Assembly: GCA_965203195.1 (NCBI GenBank)
Contig: OZ241860.1
Coordinates: 1,555,362-1,619,361 of the forward strand
DNA length: 64,000 nt
Direction of reading: 5' to 3'
Source: Dehalococcoidia bacterium
Lineage (GTDB): Bacteria > Chloroflexota > Dehalococcoidia > Lucifugimonadales > UBA3495
Shown: one piece after another, positions 27,317 to 36,307 of the stretch
Numbering within the stretch: position 1 is the first letter of the stretch
How the letters are laid out: each line of letters opens with the position of its first letter
Notes under the pieces: model-generated
Told to the model about the DNA's origin: nothing
Database searches by the model: none
What the model saw: only the letters and a program-made list of their open reading frames with translations
Program-made: the position numbers and the translations under genes

Positions 27317-27460
27317 GCCGTGTGGGTAGCGTTTCCAGTGGACTGCGGTTTCGCCGGAGCGACGGCAAGATCAAACCGCCCGATTGGAAACGCTAACCAT
27401 TGCGGCCGAAAGCCTTGCGCGCCGCCCGCCGGCCTGCTACAATGGGGCCATTGGCAGCGC

Positions 27461-27534
27461 ACCGGCGTGGTGTAATGGTAACGCATCGGTCTCCAAAACC
27501 GAAAATGTGGGTTCGATCCCTGCCGCCGGTGCCA
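27461..27534 (+). tRNA. tRNA-Trp (anticodon CCA)
   Basis: ACCGGCGTGGTGTAATGGTAACGCATCGGTCTCCAAAACCGAAAATGTGGGTTCGATCCCTGCCGCCGGTGCCA. Anticodon loop CTCCAAA. Confidence 0.85.
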
Positions 27535-27608
27535 ATTTTCTTTTCCTCCCCATTGAATACCCGCAGCGGGCGACGGATGCCGTCGCCCGTTTTGCGTTTC
27601 CGCGCCGC

Positions 27609-28313
27609 TTACCCGGGGAAGGCGCCCGTTTGCTGGGCCAGCGGTTCCGCCGGCTCGGCCACGCGCGACAGCAGCGGCGCCGGGGGCGGGCGGCGGCTGG
27701 GCGGGCGGTTGGCTTCCGCTTCGGCGGCCAGCTGCGCCATAATGATGTTGGTCAGCTCCCGGCGCATGGGGTCGGCGTCCAGGTCGCAGCCGGCGAACAC
27801 CTCAAATCCCGGCGCCATCTGCTCGATCAGCTGCTTGACGCGGGCGCTGCCGTGCCGGGAGGCGATAATCATCCTGATGGACTGGGCGTCGCGGCCCGGG
27901 GGGGCGTCCTCGTCGGGGGGCTGTTGCTGTTGCAGCTGCTGCTGTTCCGCAAAGTTGTCCATATCGTCCTCGTAGTCCATGCGGTCGACCACGCTGAGGG
28001 CGGTGGTGGCTTCGCGGCGGTAGGTATCCACCTCGCGCAGGGTGCGCGCCAGCTGGCTGACCAGGTTGGCGGCGTTGATGACGATGTCCGGCAGATTGGC
28101 CTGGGCCTCGTTGGCGGCGGCCAGGGCCACCCGGGCCCGTTCCAGGGCGGCCTGTCGGTGCTGCTCGCGCTCTTCCATCCGTTGCAGTATGCTGACCTGT
28201 TCCCGCAGCGAGGGGGCCTGCGAGGCCAGCGACTCCAGCTTCTCCATGGCGCTGGCGGCCTGTTCCGCTTGCCGCAGCCGTTGGGTCAGTTCGTAAGAGC
28301 GTGCTTCGGGCAT
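27609..28313 (-). CDS. Coiled-coil protein (hypothetical)
   Basis: ORF 27609..28598. Start at MPEARSYEL (ATG at 28313, AGGAAGGA upstream). A/E/Q/R-rich N-terminal half and a QQQLQQQQ tract. Confidence 0.5.
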   Translation of the reverse strand: MPEARSYELTQRLRQAEQAASAMEKLESLASQAPSLREQVSILQRMEEREQHRQAALERARVALAAANEAQANLPDIVINAANLVSQLARTLREVDTYRREATTALSVVDRMDYEDDMDNFAEQQQLQQQQPPDEDAPPGRDAQSIRMIIASRHGSARVKQLIEQMAPGFEVFAGCDLDADPMRRELTNIIMAQLAAEAEANRPPSRRPPPAPLLSRVAEPAEPLAQQTGAFPG

Positions 28314-28588
28314 TTTCCCTATCCTTCCTGCTCCGGCGGCGATGCGAGGCAATGCGGCGTGGCGCGGCGCAAGGCGGCCCGCCCCGGGGTATGTTGGGGA
28401 TGGCCCGGGGCGGCGGCGTTGCAAACAGCAACCAGGCGAGGAACCGCCGCCCCCGGTATCGCCGCCTTTATAGCAGAACCGGACGCCCGCGCGGGGTAGC
28501 GCAACCGAACCGATTTGGGGCATTTTTGAAAAAACCGGCGCCGGGAACCCGGAACGCGGCGTTGCTGACCGGCAACAGTCAACGGAGC

Positions 28589-30034
28589 CTAGCCGCAATC
28601 CGGCGGCGACACGGCCGCCGCCAGTCGCTGTAGTTCGGCGGCCTCCGCGTCGGCGGTAGGCGCCCAGGCGGCCCGCGCCTGCGCCAGCAGCTGCCGGGAG
28701 GCGGCGGCGTTGCCCAGAACCGCGTCCGCTTCCAGCCGCCCCAGCCAGTAGGTATCCCGCACCGAGGACCGGCGGGAGAGACGCTCGTCCAGCATAGTCC
28801 GCGCTTCGTCGTACCAGCCGGCGCGCAGGTAGGTTTCCAGCAGCGTGTCCTCAAACACTTCCCGCTGGGCGTGGCTGCCGCCGATGCGGGCCAGCATCGG
28901 GTAGGTTGGCCCCATCAGACGGGCGGCTTCGGCGTAGTCGCCGGCCACGAAAGCGGCGGCGGCCAGAGCGATGGGCAGGGTCATTTCACGGGACAGGTCG
29001 TCGCCCTGGTCGCCTTGCGCGGCGAGGCGGTCGACGAGCCGCCCGGTGGCGTCGGCATCGCCGGCGCCGGCGAAAGCCAGGGCGGCGTGACAGTCGCGGA
29101 AAGCGGCGCCGGGGGTGTCGGCGGCGGGCGCGGCCAGAGCCCGCACTTCGCGCCAGGGCTTGCCGGGGGCGGCGCCGGAATAGACTTGCAACCGCCACAT
29201 CAACGAGGCGGCGTCGGCCAGGTTGGCCAGGTTGCGCGCCTGGACGCCGGGGCGAATGTGGGTTTCGTACAGGTCCAGCGCCGCGCCGTAGCGTCCCTGG
29301 GCCAGCTCAAAGAGGGCCAGGTGCCAGGACAGATGCACATTGTAGGCGGCGCGGCGGTCAAAGCCGTCCAGCCAGTCCGACAGCCAGAGCCCGCCGGTGG
29401 CGGCATCGCCCTGCTCAAAGTAGGAATGGGTAACGGAGTGGCAGGCGACGGCGTTTTGGGGGTTGCCGTCCAGGGAACGGGTCGCCAGCGCCATAGCTTT
29501 GACCGGCTGGTTGGTTTCGTGATGGGCGAAAGAGTACTGCCCCAGAAAGGCCCAGTCGTCGCCGTTGGCGGGGGCGACCTTGCGCATCATCGCCAGCAGG
29601 TGGTCGGGGAAATCGGGGACGCCGGCGCCGAAGCAGCCCAGCATATAGAGGCGCTGGGCGACGCGCATCGCCAGGGTGTCGGTGGGGAAATCCTCCAGGT
29701 GTTCGTGGATCAGGCCGATGGCTTCGGTTCCCTGGCCGTGGGTGAAGGCGCGCATAATCCGCGTGGCCTGTCGCTCCTCTTGGGAGATGCCGGCGGAGAG
29801 GGCGACGGCCTTGTCGGCGGCCTGGCGGGCGGCCGGGACGTCCATTTGCAGATGGAGTATGTAGGCCAGCACGGCGTGGGCCATGGCAAAGCCCTCGTCG
29901 GCGTCAATGGCGGCGCGGATTTTCTGCTCCGGCCCGTAGTTCTGGGACAGCACCAGGTCCAGCCCCTGCCGGTACATATCGGCGGCGGCCGGCGATGCTG
30001 TGGTGAGGGTCAGTCCCTTGCGTTTCGTTGCCAT
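28589..30034 (-). CDS. Tetratricopeptide-repeat protein (TTC38-like)
   Basis: About 481 aa, helical-repeat composition, HLSWHLALFELAQGRYGAALDLY. The start is MATKRK at 30034 or 30043. Confidence 0.65.
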   Translation of the reverse strand: MATKRKGLTLTTASPAAADMYRQGLDLVLSQNYGPEQKIRAAIDADEGFAMAHAVLAYILHLQMDVPAARQAADKAVALSAGISQEERQATRIMRAFTHGQGTEAIGLIHEHLEDFPTDTLAMRVAQRLYMLGCFGAGVPDFPDHLLAMMRKVAPANGDDWAFLGQYSFAHHETNQPVKAMALATRSLDGNPQNAVACHSVTHSYFEQGDAATGGLWLSDWLDGFDRRAAYNVHLSWHLALFELAQGRYGAALDLYETHIRPGVQARNLANLADAASLMWRLQVYSGAAPGKPWREVRALAAPAADTPGAAFRDCHAALAFAGAGDADATGRLVDRLAAQGDQGDDLSREMTLPIALAAAAFVAGDYAEAARLMGPTYPMLARIGGSHAQREVFEDTLLETYLRAGWYDEARTMLDERLSRRSSVRDTYWLGRLEADAVLGNAAASRQLLAQARAAWAPTADAEAAELQRLAAAVSPPDCG

Positions 30035-30197
30035 AGCGCACATTGTACAGCCCTCCTGGTGGTTGGGAGATTGGGTACGGGGCAGGTTATCACAGCGGGG
30101 CGGGCGGAGTCATTGGCGAATCCGGCGCCGGAATGCGTTGGCGTTGGCGTTGGCGTCCGCGCGCGGTTGGGCCGGCGGAAGGCTATCGGGCCGAGGG

Positions 30198-30692
30198 TTA
30201 TGCGGTGGAGGGGGGCTCCATATCGGGCGGCAGGTCAAAAACGGGGCGTCCGTCGGCCCGGTGCGAATGGGACAGAATGGCCATCATTATCTGGTAGTGG
30301 TTGCGCTGCATTTGCAACTGCATCTCGTGCTGCGCCTTGAGCAGCGCATCTACGGAAGCTTGCAACGCGGCGAACTTTTCGTTGCTGGAAGCCTGTAATG
30401 CGGCGAACTTTTCATCGAGAACGGCGGTCTTTTCATCGATGTAGGCCCGCAATTCGGCAGTTTTTTCATCGATGTAAGTCCGCAGGTCGGCGGTTTTTTC
30501 GTCGATGGAAGCTTGCAGGCTGGCGGTCTTTTCCGTCAGCGACGACTGCGTTCCGGCGACCTGCACGCTGAGGGCGCCCAGCTCACGCTGGGTATTGCCG
30601 AAGCGATACCAGAGGGCGCTTACGGCCATCAGCAGAAACAGCAGGATGCCGCCGTAGAAAAGGGGCGGTATCCAGTTGGCAATTTCATCCAT
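30198..30692 (-). CDS. N-terminally anchored coiled-coil protein, paralog 1 (hypothetical)
   Basis: 164 aa. MDEIANWIPPLFYGGILLFLLMAVSALWY (TM), IDEKTA-type repeats, tail HSHRADGRPVFDLPPDMEPPSTA. Confidence 0.65.
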   Translation of the reverse strand: MDEIANWIPPLFYGGILLFLLMAVSALWYRFGNTQRELGALSVQVAGTQSSLTEKTASLQASIDEKTADLRTYIDEKTAELRAYIDEKTAVLDEKFAALQASSNEKFAALQASVDALLKAQHEMQLQMQRNHYQIMMAILSHSHRADGRPVFDLPPDMEPPSTA

Positions 30693-30779
30693 AATCGCGC
30701 TGGCTCCTTTGGCGGGTAGAGACGAGACGGGTCTGTCGCCCTCCGATTTTACCAGACAATCGGCACAGTGGGCTGAGGG

Positions 30780-31208
30780 TTATCCGGTGGACGGAGGTTC
30801 CATATCGGGCGGCAGGTCAAAAACGGGGCGTCCGTCGGCCCGGTGCGAATGGGACAGAATGGCCATCATAATCTGGTAGTGGTTGCGCTGCATTTGCAAC
30901 TGCATCTCGTGCTGCGCCTTGAGCAGCGCATCTACGGATGCTTGCAACGCGGCGATCTTTTCCTCGAGAGGGGTGGTCTTGTCATCTATGTAGGCCCGCA
31001 ATTCGGCGGTTTTTTCGTCGATGGAAGCTTGCAGGCTGGCGGTTTTTTCCGTCAGCGACGATTGCGTTCCGGCGACCTGCACGCTGAGGGCGCCCAGCTC
31101 ACGCTGGGTATTGCCGAAGCGATACCAGAGGGCGCTTACGGCCATCAGCAGAAAGAGCAGGATGCCGCCGTAGAAAAGGGGCGGTATCCAGTTGGCAATT
31201 TCATCCAT
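30780..31208 (-). CDS. N-terminally anchored coiled-coil protein, paralog 2 (hypothetical)
   Basis: 142 aa. Near-identical N- and C-termini to paralog 1, with 22 fewer residues in the repeat region. Confidence 0.65.
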   Translation of the reverse strand: MDEIANWIPPLFYGGILLFLLMAVSALWYRFGNTQRELGALSVQVAGTQSSLTEKTASLQASIDEKTAELRAYIDDKTTPLEEKIAALQASVDALLKAQHEMQLQMQRNHYQIMMAILSHSHRADGRPVFDLPPDMEPPSTG

Positions 31209-31264
31209 AATCGCAAGGGCTCCTTTGGCGGGTAGAGACGAGAGGGGTTTGTCGCCGGCCGATT

Positions 31265-32479
31265 TTACCAGACAATCCGCGCCGCTTGCAGGGCGGCCAG
31301 CTCCGCTTCGTCCATACCCAGCAGGCCGCAGAATACCTCGCGGTTGTGTTCGCCCAGCTCCGGCGTCCAGCGCAACGCGGCGGCGGGGGTTGCGGAGAAA
31401 CGCCAGGGTGGGGCTACAGCGCGCTGCTCACCGCGGTCGGCATGGCTTGCCGAAGGGAAGGCGTTCCGAGCGGCAAGGTGCGGGTCGGTCAGCAGCCGGT
31501 CGGCCGAGAGGGAGGGGAAAGCGGCGACGCCGGCGGCTTGCAGCCGCTCCGTTATTTCGTCCGCAGTATGCGCCTGCGTCCATTGGGAAAGGCGGTGTTC
31601 CAGAGCGTCCTGATTCCGCCAGCGTTGGAAGCCGTCGCCGTAGTCATCGGCGTCGGCCCACGCCGGGTTGCCCATGGCCCGCTTCAGGGCACTCCATTCC
31701 CCATCGCTGGCGACGGCGATGGTTACCCAGGAGTCCTGGCCGGCGCAGGGGAAAACGCCGTGAGGGGACATATCGTCAGCGCGGTTGCCGGTACGCGCGG
31801 CGTCGCGTCCGTTCATTGCCGTGTCCATCAAGGTATGGCCCATAAAGGCGGTGGCGATGTCGCGGACGGCCACATCGGCGCGCTGGCCAGTGTGGCGGCG
31901 GCGATGGGCGCAAAGGGCGGCTACGGCGGCGAAGGCGGCCATCATTCCGCCGGTGTGGTCCATAGCGTGGCGCAGTTCCACCGGCGGGCCGTCGGGATAG
32001 CCGGTGATATGGCCCAGCCCGCCCAGGGCGGCGAACATAGGGGCATAGCCGGCGTAGCGGGCCTCCGGGCCGGTCTGCCCGTTGGAGGACAGGGACACCA
32101 TAATGATGTCCGGCTTGATTTCCCGCAGTTGGGGGTAGCCCAAACCCAGCCGCGCCATCACGCCGGGGCGAAAGTTTTCCAGCACGATGTCGGAAATCCG
32201 CGCCAGGTCATAAGCCAGTTCCAGGGCGCGGGGCTCTTTCAGGTTCAGGGTAACGGAACGCTTGCTGGCGTTGACCTGCTCAAAGGATGAGGGCGGCTTG
32301 CCATACATTGCGTGGGGGCGGCGGGTAATGTCCAGGCGCGCCGCCGATTCCACTTTGATGACATCGGCGCCGAGGACGGCCAGCAGCATACCGGCGAAAG
32401 GGCCGGCGGCGTGGACGGAAAAGTCGGCCACGCGGACGCCGGCAAGAGGGGCCGGCGGCGGTTTGAATTGGGCAGGCAT
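31265..32479 (-). CDS. Family III CoA-transferase (CaiB/BaiF type)
   Basis: 404 aa. VRVADFSVHAAGPFAGMLLAVLGADVIKVE. Confidence 0.85.
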   Translation of the reverse strand: MPAQFKPPPAPLAGVRVADFSVHAAGPFAGMLLAVLGADVIKVESAARLDITRRPHAMYGKPPSSFEQVNASKRSVTLNLKEPRALELAYDLARISDIVLENFRPGVMARLGLGYPQLREIKPDIIMVSLSSNGQTGPEARYAGYAPMFAALGGLGHITGYPDGPPVELRHAMDHTGGMMAAFAAVAALCAHRRRHTGQRADVAVRDIATAFMGHTLMDTAMNGRDAARTGNRADDMSPHGVFPCAGQDSWVTIAVASDGEWSALKRAMGNPAWADADDYGDGFQRWRNQDALEHRLSQWTQAHTADEITERLQAAGVAAFPSLSADRLLTDPHLAARNAFPSASHADRGEQRAVAPPWRFSATPAAALRWTPELGEHNREVFCGLLGMDEAELAALQAARIVW

Positions 32480-32765
32480 TGCGGGGCACCTCGTCAGCGC
32501 GTGTTGACATTTCAGCGTCGCTATACTTCGTCTTATCGTTGCTGTACTTCAATCGTTCCGGCTTGCGCCGGGATCCAGAGGGCCTGGCAGCCGAATGGGC
32601 GGCAACGGACGCTGGTTCCAGAATCCTGCTGAAACCATTATCTGCCGAATGACGCGGCGCGTACAGGGCCGGGAACCTGCCCCCTCGCCCCCCGGTTTTG
32701 AGGGCAACGGGGATAATCGGACAGCCTTTCCGAGGCGGGCGGCTATGCCCCGCGGTCCGGTTGGG

Positions 32766-33611
32766 CTACAGCAGGGCCGCCACGCCTTGCCAGACCAGCA
32801 GGATGCCCACTACCAGCAGGGTAATGCCCATAGCCAGTATCAGCAGGTTGAGGTTGACCTTGCCGGTCAGGTTGGCGCCGAGGTAGCTGCCGGCCATGGC
32901 GGTGGCGCCCATCATCGCGAGGAGAACCCAGTCCACCTGGCCGCTGATGATGTGGCCGGCCCAGCCGGCGGCGCCCATTACGAAGCCGATGAACAGGTTG
33001 GTGCCGGCGGCGATGCGCGGGTCAACGCGGAGGATGCGGACCAGGGCGGGCAGGCGGATGCTGCCCAGAATCAACCCGACGGCGCCGCCCAGCATACCGA
33101 CGGCGAATCCGATGCCGCCCTCGGCGGCCATCCGTCCGGGAGTAAAGAGGCCGGGGGATCCCTCCAGGCCGGCACCGAAAAGGGCGCTGTCGCCGGCTCC
33201 GGAACGCATCCGGTCGCGGGCGATGATGAGGAACTCCACGCCCTGCCAGAACACCAGGGCGCCGGCCAGGGCAATCAGTAGATGCTCCGGCGTGCGGTCG
33301 CTGAACAGGCCGCCGATGAAGGCGCCGATGAAGGCCGGCACGCCCATTGTGAGCACGATGCGGAGGTTGACGCGGCCGGCGCGCAGGTGGCGGATGGTTC
33401 CGGCCAAGGAGGCCAGGCTGCTGACCATAATGTTGGTGCCGCCGGCGACGGGGGCGGGCATACCCAGCAGCAGCATAGCGGGCAGGCGCATCGTGCCGAG
33501 GGCGAGGCCGACGAAGCCGCCGAGGATGCCGACCAGGAAGGATATGGCCGCCAGCAGCAGGGCGTGCCAGATCGGGACGGCGGAGGGCAGGCCGATTTCA
33601 GCGAGGGTCAT
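32766..33611 (-). CDS. TauE/SafE family anion (sulfite) exporter
   Basis: 281 aa. Repeated GG..G...G.G(G/A) membrane motifs, about 8 TM segments. Confidence 0.8.
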   Translation of the reverse strand: MTLAEIGLPSAVPIWHALLLAAISFLVGILGGFVGLALGTMRLPAMLLLGMPAPVAGGTNIMVSSLASLAGTIRHLRAGRVNLRIVLTMGVPAFIGAFIGGLFSDRTPEHLLIALAGALVFWQGVEFLIIARDRMRSGAGDSALFGAGLEGSPGLFTPGRMAAEGGIGFAVGMLGGAVGLILGSIRLPALVRILRVDPRIAAGTNLFIGFVMGAAGWAGHIISGQVDWVLLAMMGATAMAGSYLGANLTGKVNLNLLILAMGITLLVVGILLVWQGVAALL

Positions 33612-33748
33612 AGCGTGTCAGCCCGGAGTGGTTAGTCCAAAGTGGTTAGGCCAGAGTCGCCAGGCCAGAGTCGCCAGGACGCCCAGCAATCTGCCGCAGG
33701 CCACCAGCCACAGCAGGATGGCGGCGGCGGCAATCAGGTTCAGCGTTA

Positions 33749-33997
33749 TCACCGCCAACCCCCCGCCAACAGCCAGCCAGCCGCCCAAGCGATGTAGGCG
33801 GCGGCAAACAGGTTCAGCGTTATCCCCGCTGTGGCCATACTCGCACCCGCTCCGCCATTGTTCCGGCGCGCGCGGCGAAAGCCGGCCAGCGACAAAGGCA
33901 ACCCCACTGCCACCAGCGGAATGGCAACAATGGTGGCCGGAGGCGTCCAGGCGGTTATGATGGCCAGGATGCCCAAAATCATACCGGCGATGCCCAT
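33749..33997 (-). CDS. Small membrane protein (DUF4190-like), possibly frameshifted
   Basis: MGIAGMILGILAIITAW... A related hydrophobic segment (VITLNLIAAAAILLWLV) continues in another frame at 33618-33748. Confidence 0.35.
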   Translation of the reverse strand: MGIAGMILGILAIITAWTPPATIVAIPLVAVGLPLSLAGFRRARRNNGGAGASMATAGITLNLFAAAYIAWAAGWLLAGGWR

Positions 33998-34097
33998 TGG
34001 CAACCCTCGTCCATTGCATATCGCGTGCATATCGCGGCGGAGCGCCGGGGCGATGGCAGCGCAGGGCCGGGGCGTGGCCCCGTTTGCTGCATCCTGT

Positions 34098-34188
34098 TTG
34101 CCGAGTCCCGCTTGCCGAGTCCCGCTTGCCGAGTCCCGCTTGCCGAGTCCCGCTTGCCGAGTCCCGCTTGCCGAGTCCCGCTTGCCGG
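34098..34188. repeat. 14-bp tandem repeat TTGCCGAGTCCCGC x6.5 (intergenic)
   Basis: Perfect units at 34098, 34112, 34126, 34140, 34154, 34168, plus a 7-nt partial unit. Confidence 0.95.
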
Positions 34189-34200
34189 CGACAATGCCGG

Positions 34201-35253
34201 CTAGGGCTGGCCGACGGCGTCGGCGACGCCTACTGCCTGCATGAGATCGGAGATTTGGCGCCAGGTTTCGTCCTCGATAAAGACGCCGGCGGCGCGGCGC
34301 TGCTGTTCGGTGCGGTACTCAATTTCGCCGGGGTAATAGACTTCGGTGAAGCCGGCGGCGGGCGGCGAGGTTTTGACGAATTCGGCGAACTCGGTCATTT
34401 CCTGCTTGAAGTCGTCCAGGGGGCGGAACTTGGAGACATCAAAGACGGCGAGGAAACAGCCGTCGTTGTGGCGGGCGTGGGGGTCGATGCCGAAGCCGAG
34501 GCCGGTGAGGAGGCCGGAGAACATTTCCACCATAAAGGAGAGGCCGAAGCCTTTGTGTCCCTGGTCGGCGCCCACGGGGAGGATGGCGCCGCCGGCGGCG
34601 TAGTCGTTGGGGTCGGTGGTGGGGTTGCCGTCCTGGTCCACGATCCAGCCGGGGGGGACGGGTTCGCCGCGGTTGCGGGCCAGGCTGATTTTGCCGGCGG
34701 CGACGGCGGAGGTGGCCATATCCAGCAGCACCGGGCCGGGCAGGTTGCTGGGGACGCCGATGCAGATGGGGTTGGTGCCGAGGCGGCGGGCGCGGCCGCC
34801 AAAGGGGGCTACGGCTTTGGGGCCGGCGCCGGAGTCGGCAGTCAGCAGGGCAATCATCCCCTCTTGGGCGCACATTGTGGGGTAGTCGCCCAGGCGTCCG
34901 ATGTGGCTCTGGCGGCGGACGGTGAAGGCGGCGACGCCGTTTGCTTTGGCCTTGGCGATGGCCATACGGGTGGCCTTTTCGGTGACGACGAAACCGAAGC
35001 CCCAATGGCCGTCCACGACGGCGGTGGTGGGGGTTTCGGAAAGCACCTCAAAGGGGGCGCCGGGGACGATGTGGCCGCGGTCAATACGCTCACAGTATTC
35101 GGGGATGTGGATGACGCCGTGGGAGTCGTGGCCGACGAGGTTGGCCTTGACCTGGTGGGCGGCGACGATTTCGGCTTCGTCGGCGGGGGTTCCTTTGGCG
35201 CGGTAGATGGCGGCGGCGGCCTGATGCAGGTATTCGGGGGGAAAGACGGGCAT
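34201..35253 (-). CDS. Ldh family 2 (malate/L-lactate/sulfolactate dehydrogenase-type) oxidoreductase
   Basis: ORF 34201..35388. Start at MPVFPPEY (ATG at 35253, GGAGG upstream). GHDSHGV, GGHKGFGLS. Confidence 0.8.
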   Translation of the reverse strand: MPVFPPEYLHQAAAAIYRAKGTPADEAEIVAAHQVKANLVGHDSHGVIHIPEYCERIDRGHIVPGAPFEVLSETPTTAVVDGHWGFGFVVTEKATRMAIAKAKANGVAAFTVRRQSHIGRLGDYPTMCAQEGMIALLTADSGAGPKAVAPFGGRARRLGTNPICIGVPSNLPGPVLLDMATSAVAAGKISLARNRGEPVPPGWIVDQDGNPTTDPNDYAAGGAILPVGADQGHKGFGLSFMVEMFSGLLTGLGFGIDPHARHNDGCFLAVFDVSKFRPLDDFKQEMTEFAEFVKTSPPAAGFTEVYYPGEIEYRTEQQRRAAGVFIEDETWRQISDLMQAVGVADAVGQP

Positions 35254-35413
35254 TGGAAAACCTCCGCAGCGGGCGGTTGGGGATGGCAAGGGCGCCGCCG
35301 CTGGCGCCCCTGATTGTAACAGGAAAACAGCCGGGCCTGCTCTCCGACGCCTCAAGCGGGCCGGCGCGTCAGGCGGGCCGCCGGGCAAGGCAAGGAAGGG
35401 TTGAGGACGCCGC

Positions 35414-36196
35414 TTACTGGGCGGTGTAGCCGCCGTCGATTACCAGTTCGCTGCCGGTCATAAAGGAGGATTCGTCGGACGCCAGGAACAGGACGCCGTT
35501 GGCGATGTCGTCCACAGTGCCGATACGACCCAGGGGGGTAGCGTCCAGGCGGCGCTGGCGGGTTTCCGGGTCGGACATCATCCGTTCCGTCATGGCGGTG
35601 TCAATGTAGCCGGGGTGGACGGAGTTGCAGCGGATGCCGTCGGCGGCGTACTGCACGGCGGTGGCTTTGGTGAGCAGGCGGACGGCGCCTTTGGAGCTGG
35701 CGTAGGCGGAGCCGGCGCCGGAGCCAGGGTAGAGGCCCACCAGCCCGGCGATGGAGGATATGTTGATGATGGAGCCGCCGCCGGCGGTACGCATAGCGGG
35801 TATGGCGGCGCGGGAGCCCAGGAAGACGCCCTTGCCGTTGACGTCCATAATCTGATCCCATACGGCGGCGTCGGTTTCGTGGATGCGAGGGGCGTTGAGG
35901 CCGCCTACGTTGGTACTGCCGATGCCGGCGTTGTTCACCAGGATGTCCAGCTTGCCGTAGCGGGTCACGGCGGCGGTGACGGCGTCGGCCCACTGGTCGG
36001 CGTGGGTTACGTCCAGGTGGACGAAAGTGGCCTGGCCGCCGAGTTCGCGGATTTCGGCTTCCAGTTTCATTCCTTCGTCGTCCAGGATGTCGCCGATGAC
36101 CACGGCGGCGCCTTCGCGGACGAACAGGCGGGCTTCGGCGGCGCCCTGCCCGCGGGCGCCGCCGCTGATGAGGGCAACTTTACCTTGCAGTCGCAT
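35414..36196 (-). CDS. SDR family oxidoreductase
   Basis: GKVALISGGARGQG, NNAG, YASSKGAV. Confidence 0.9.
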   Translation of the reverse strand: MRLQGKVALISGGARGQGAAEARLFVREGAAVVIGDILDDEGMKLEAEIRELGGQATFVHLDVTHADQWADAVTAAVTRYGKLDILVNNAGIGSTNVGGLNAPRIHETDAAVWDQIMDVNGKGVFLGSRAAIPAMRTAGGGSIINISSIAGLVGLYPGSGAGSAYASSKGAVRLLTKATAVQYAADGIRCNSVHPGYIDTAMTERMMSDPETRQRRLDATPLGRIGTVDDIANGVLFLASDESSFMTGSELVIDGGYTAQ

Positions 36197-36307
36197 AATG
36201 GCATCTCCTAATTGCGGCCCGGAGCGCCGGATGGCCCGGATTGGGGGCGACCCGGACGGGGGCGTTCATAGTAGCGCCTGACGCGGCGGCGGTCGCCGGC
36301 CGGCGGG

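Larger units (their letters stand above)
30188..31277 (-). repeat. Tandem segmental duplication (about 574 bp plus about 508 bp) carrying two paralogous genes
   Basis: Units 30188-30761 and 30770-31277. Both end with GATTTTACCAGACAATC, which in unit 2 is the last 13 nt of the CoA-transferase gene. Confidence 0.85.
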
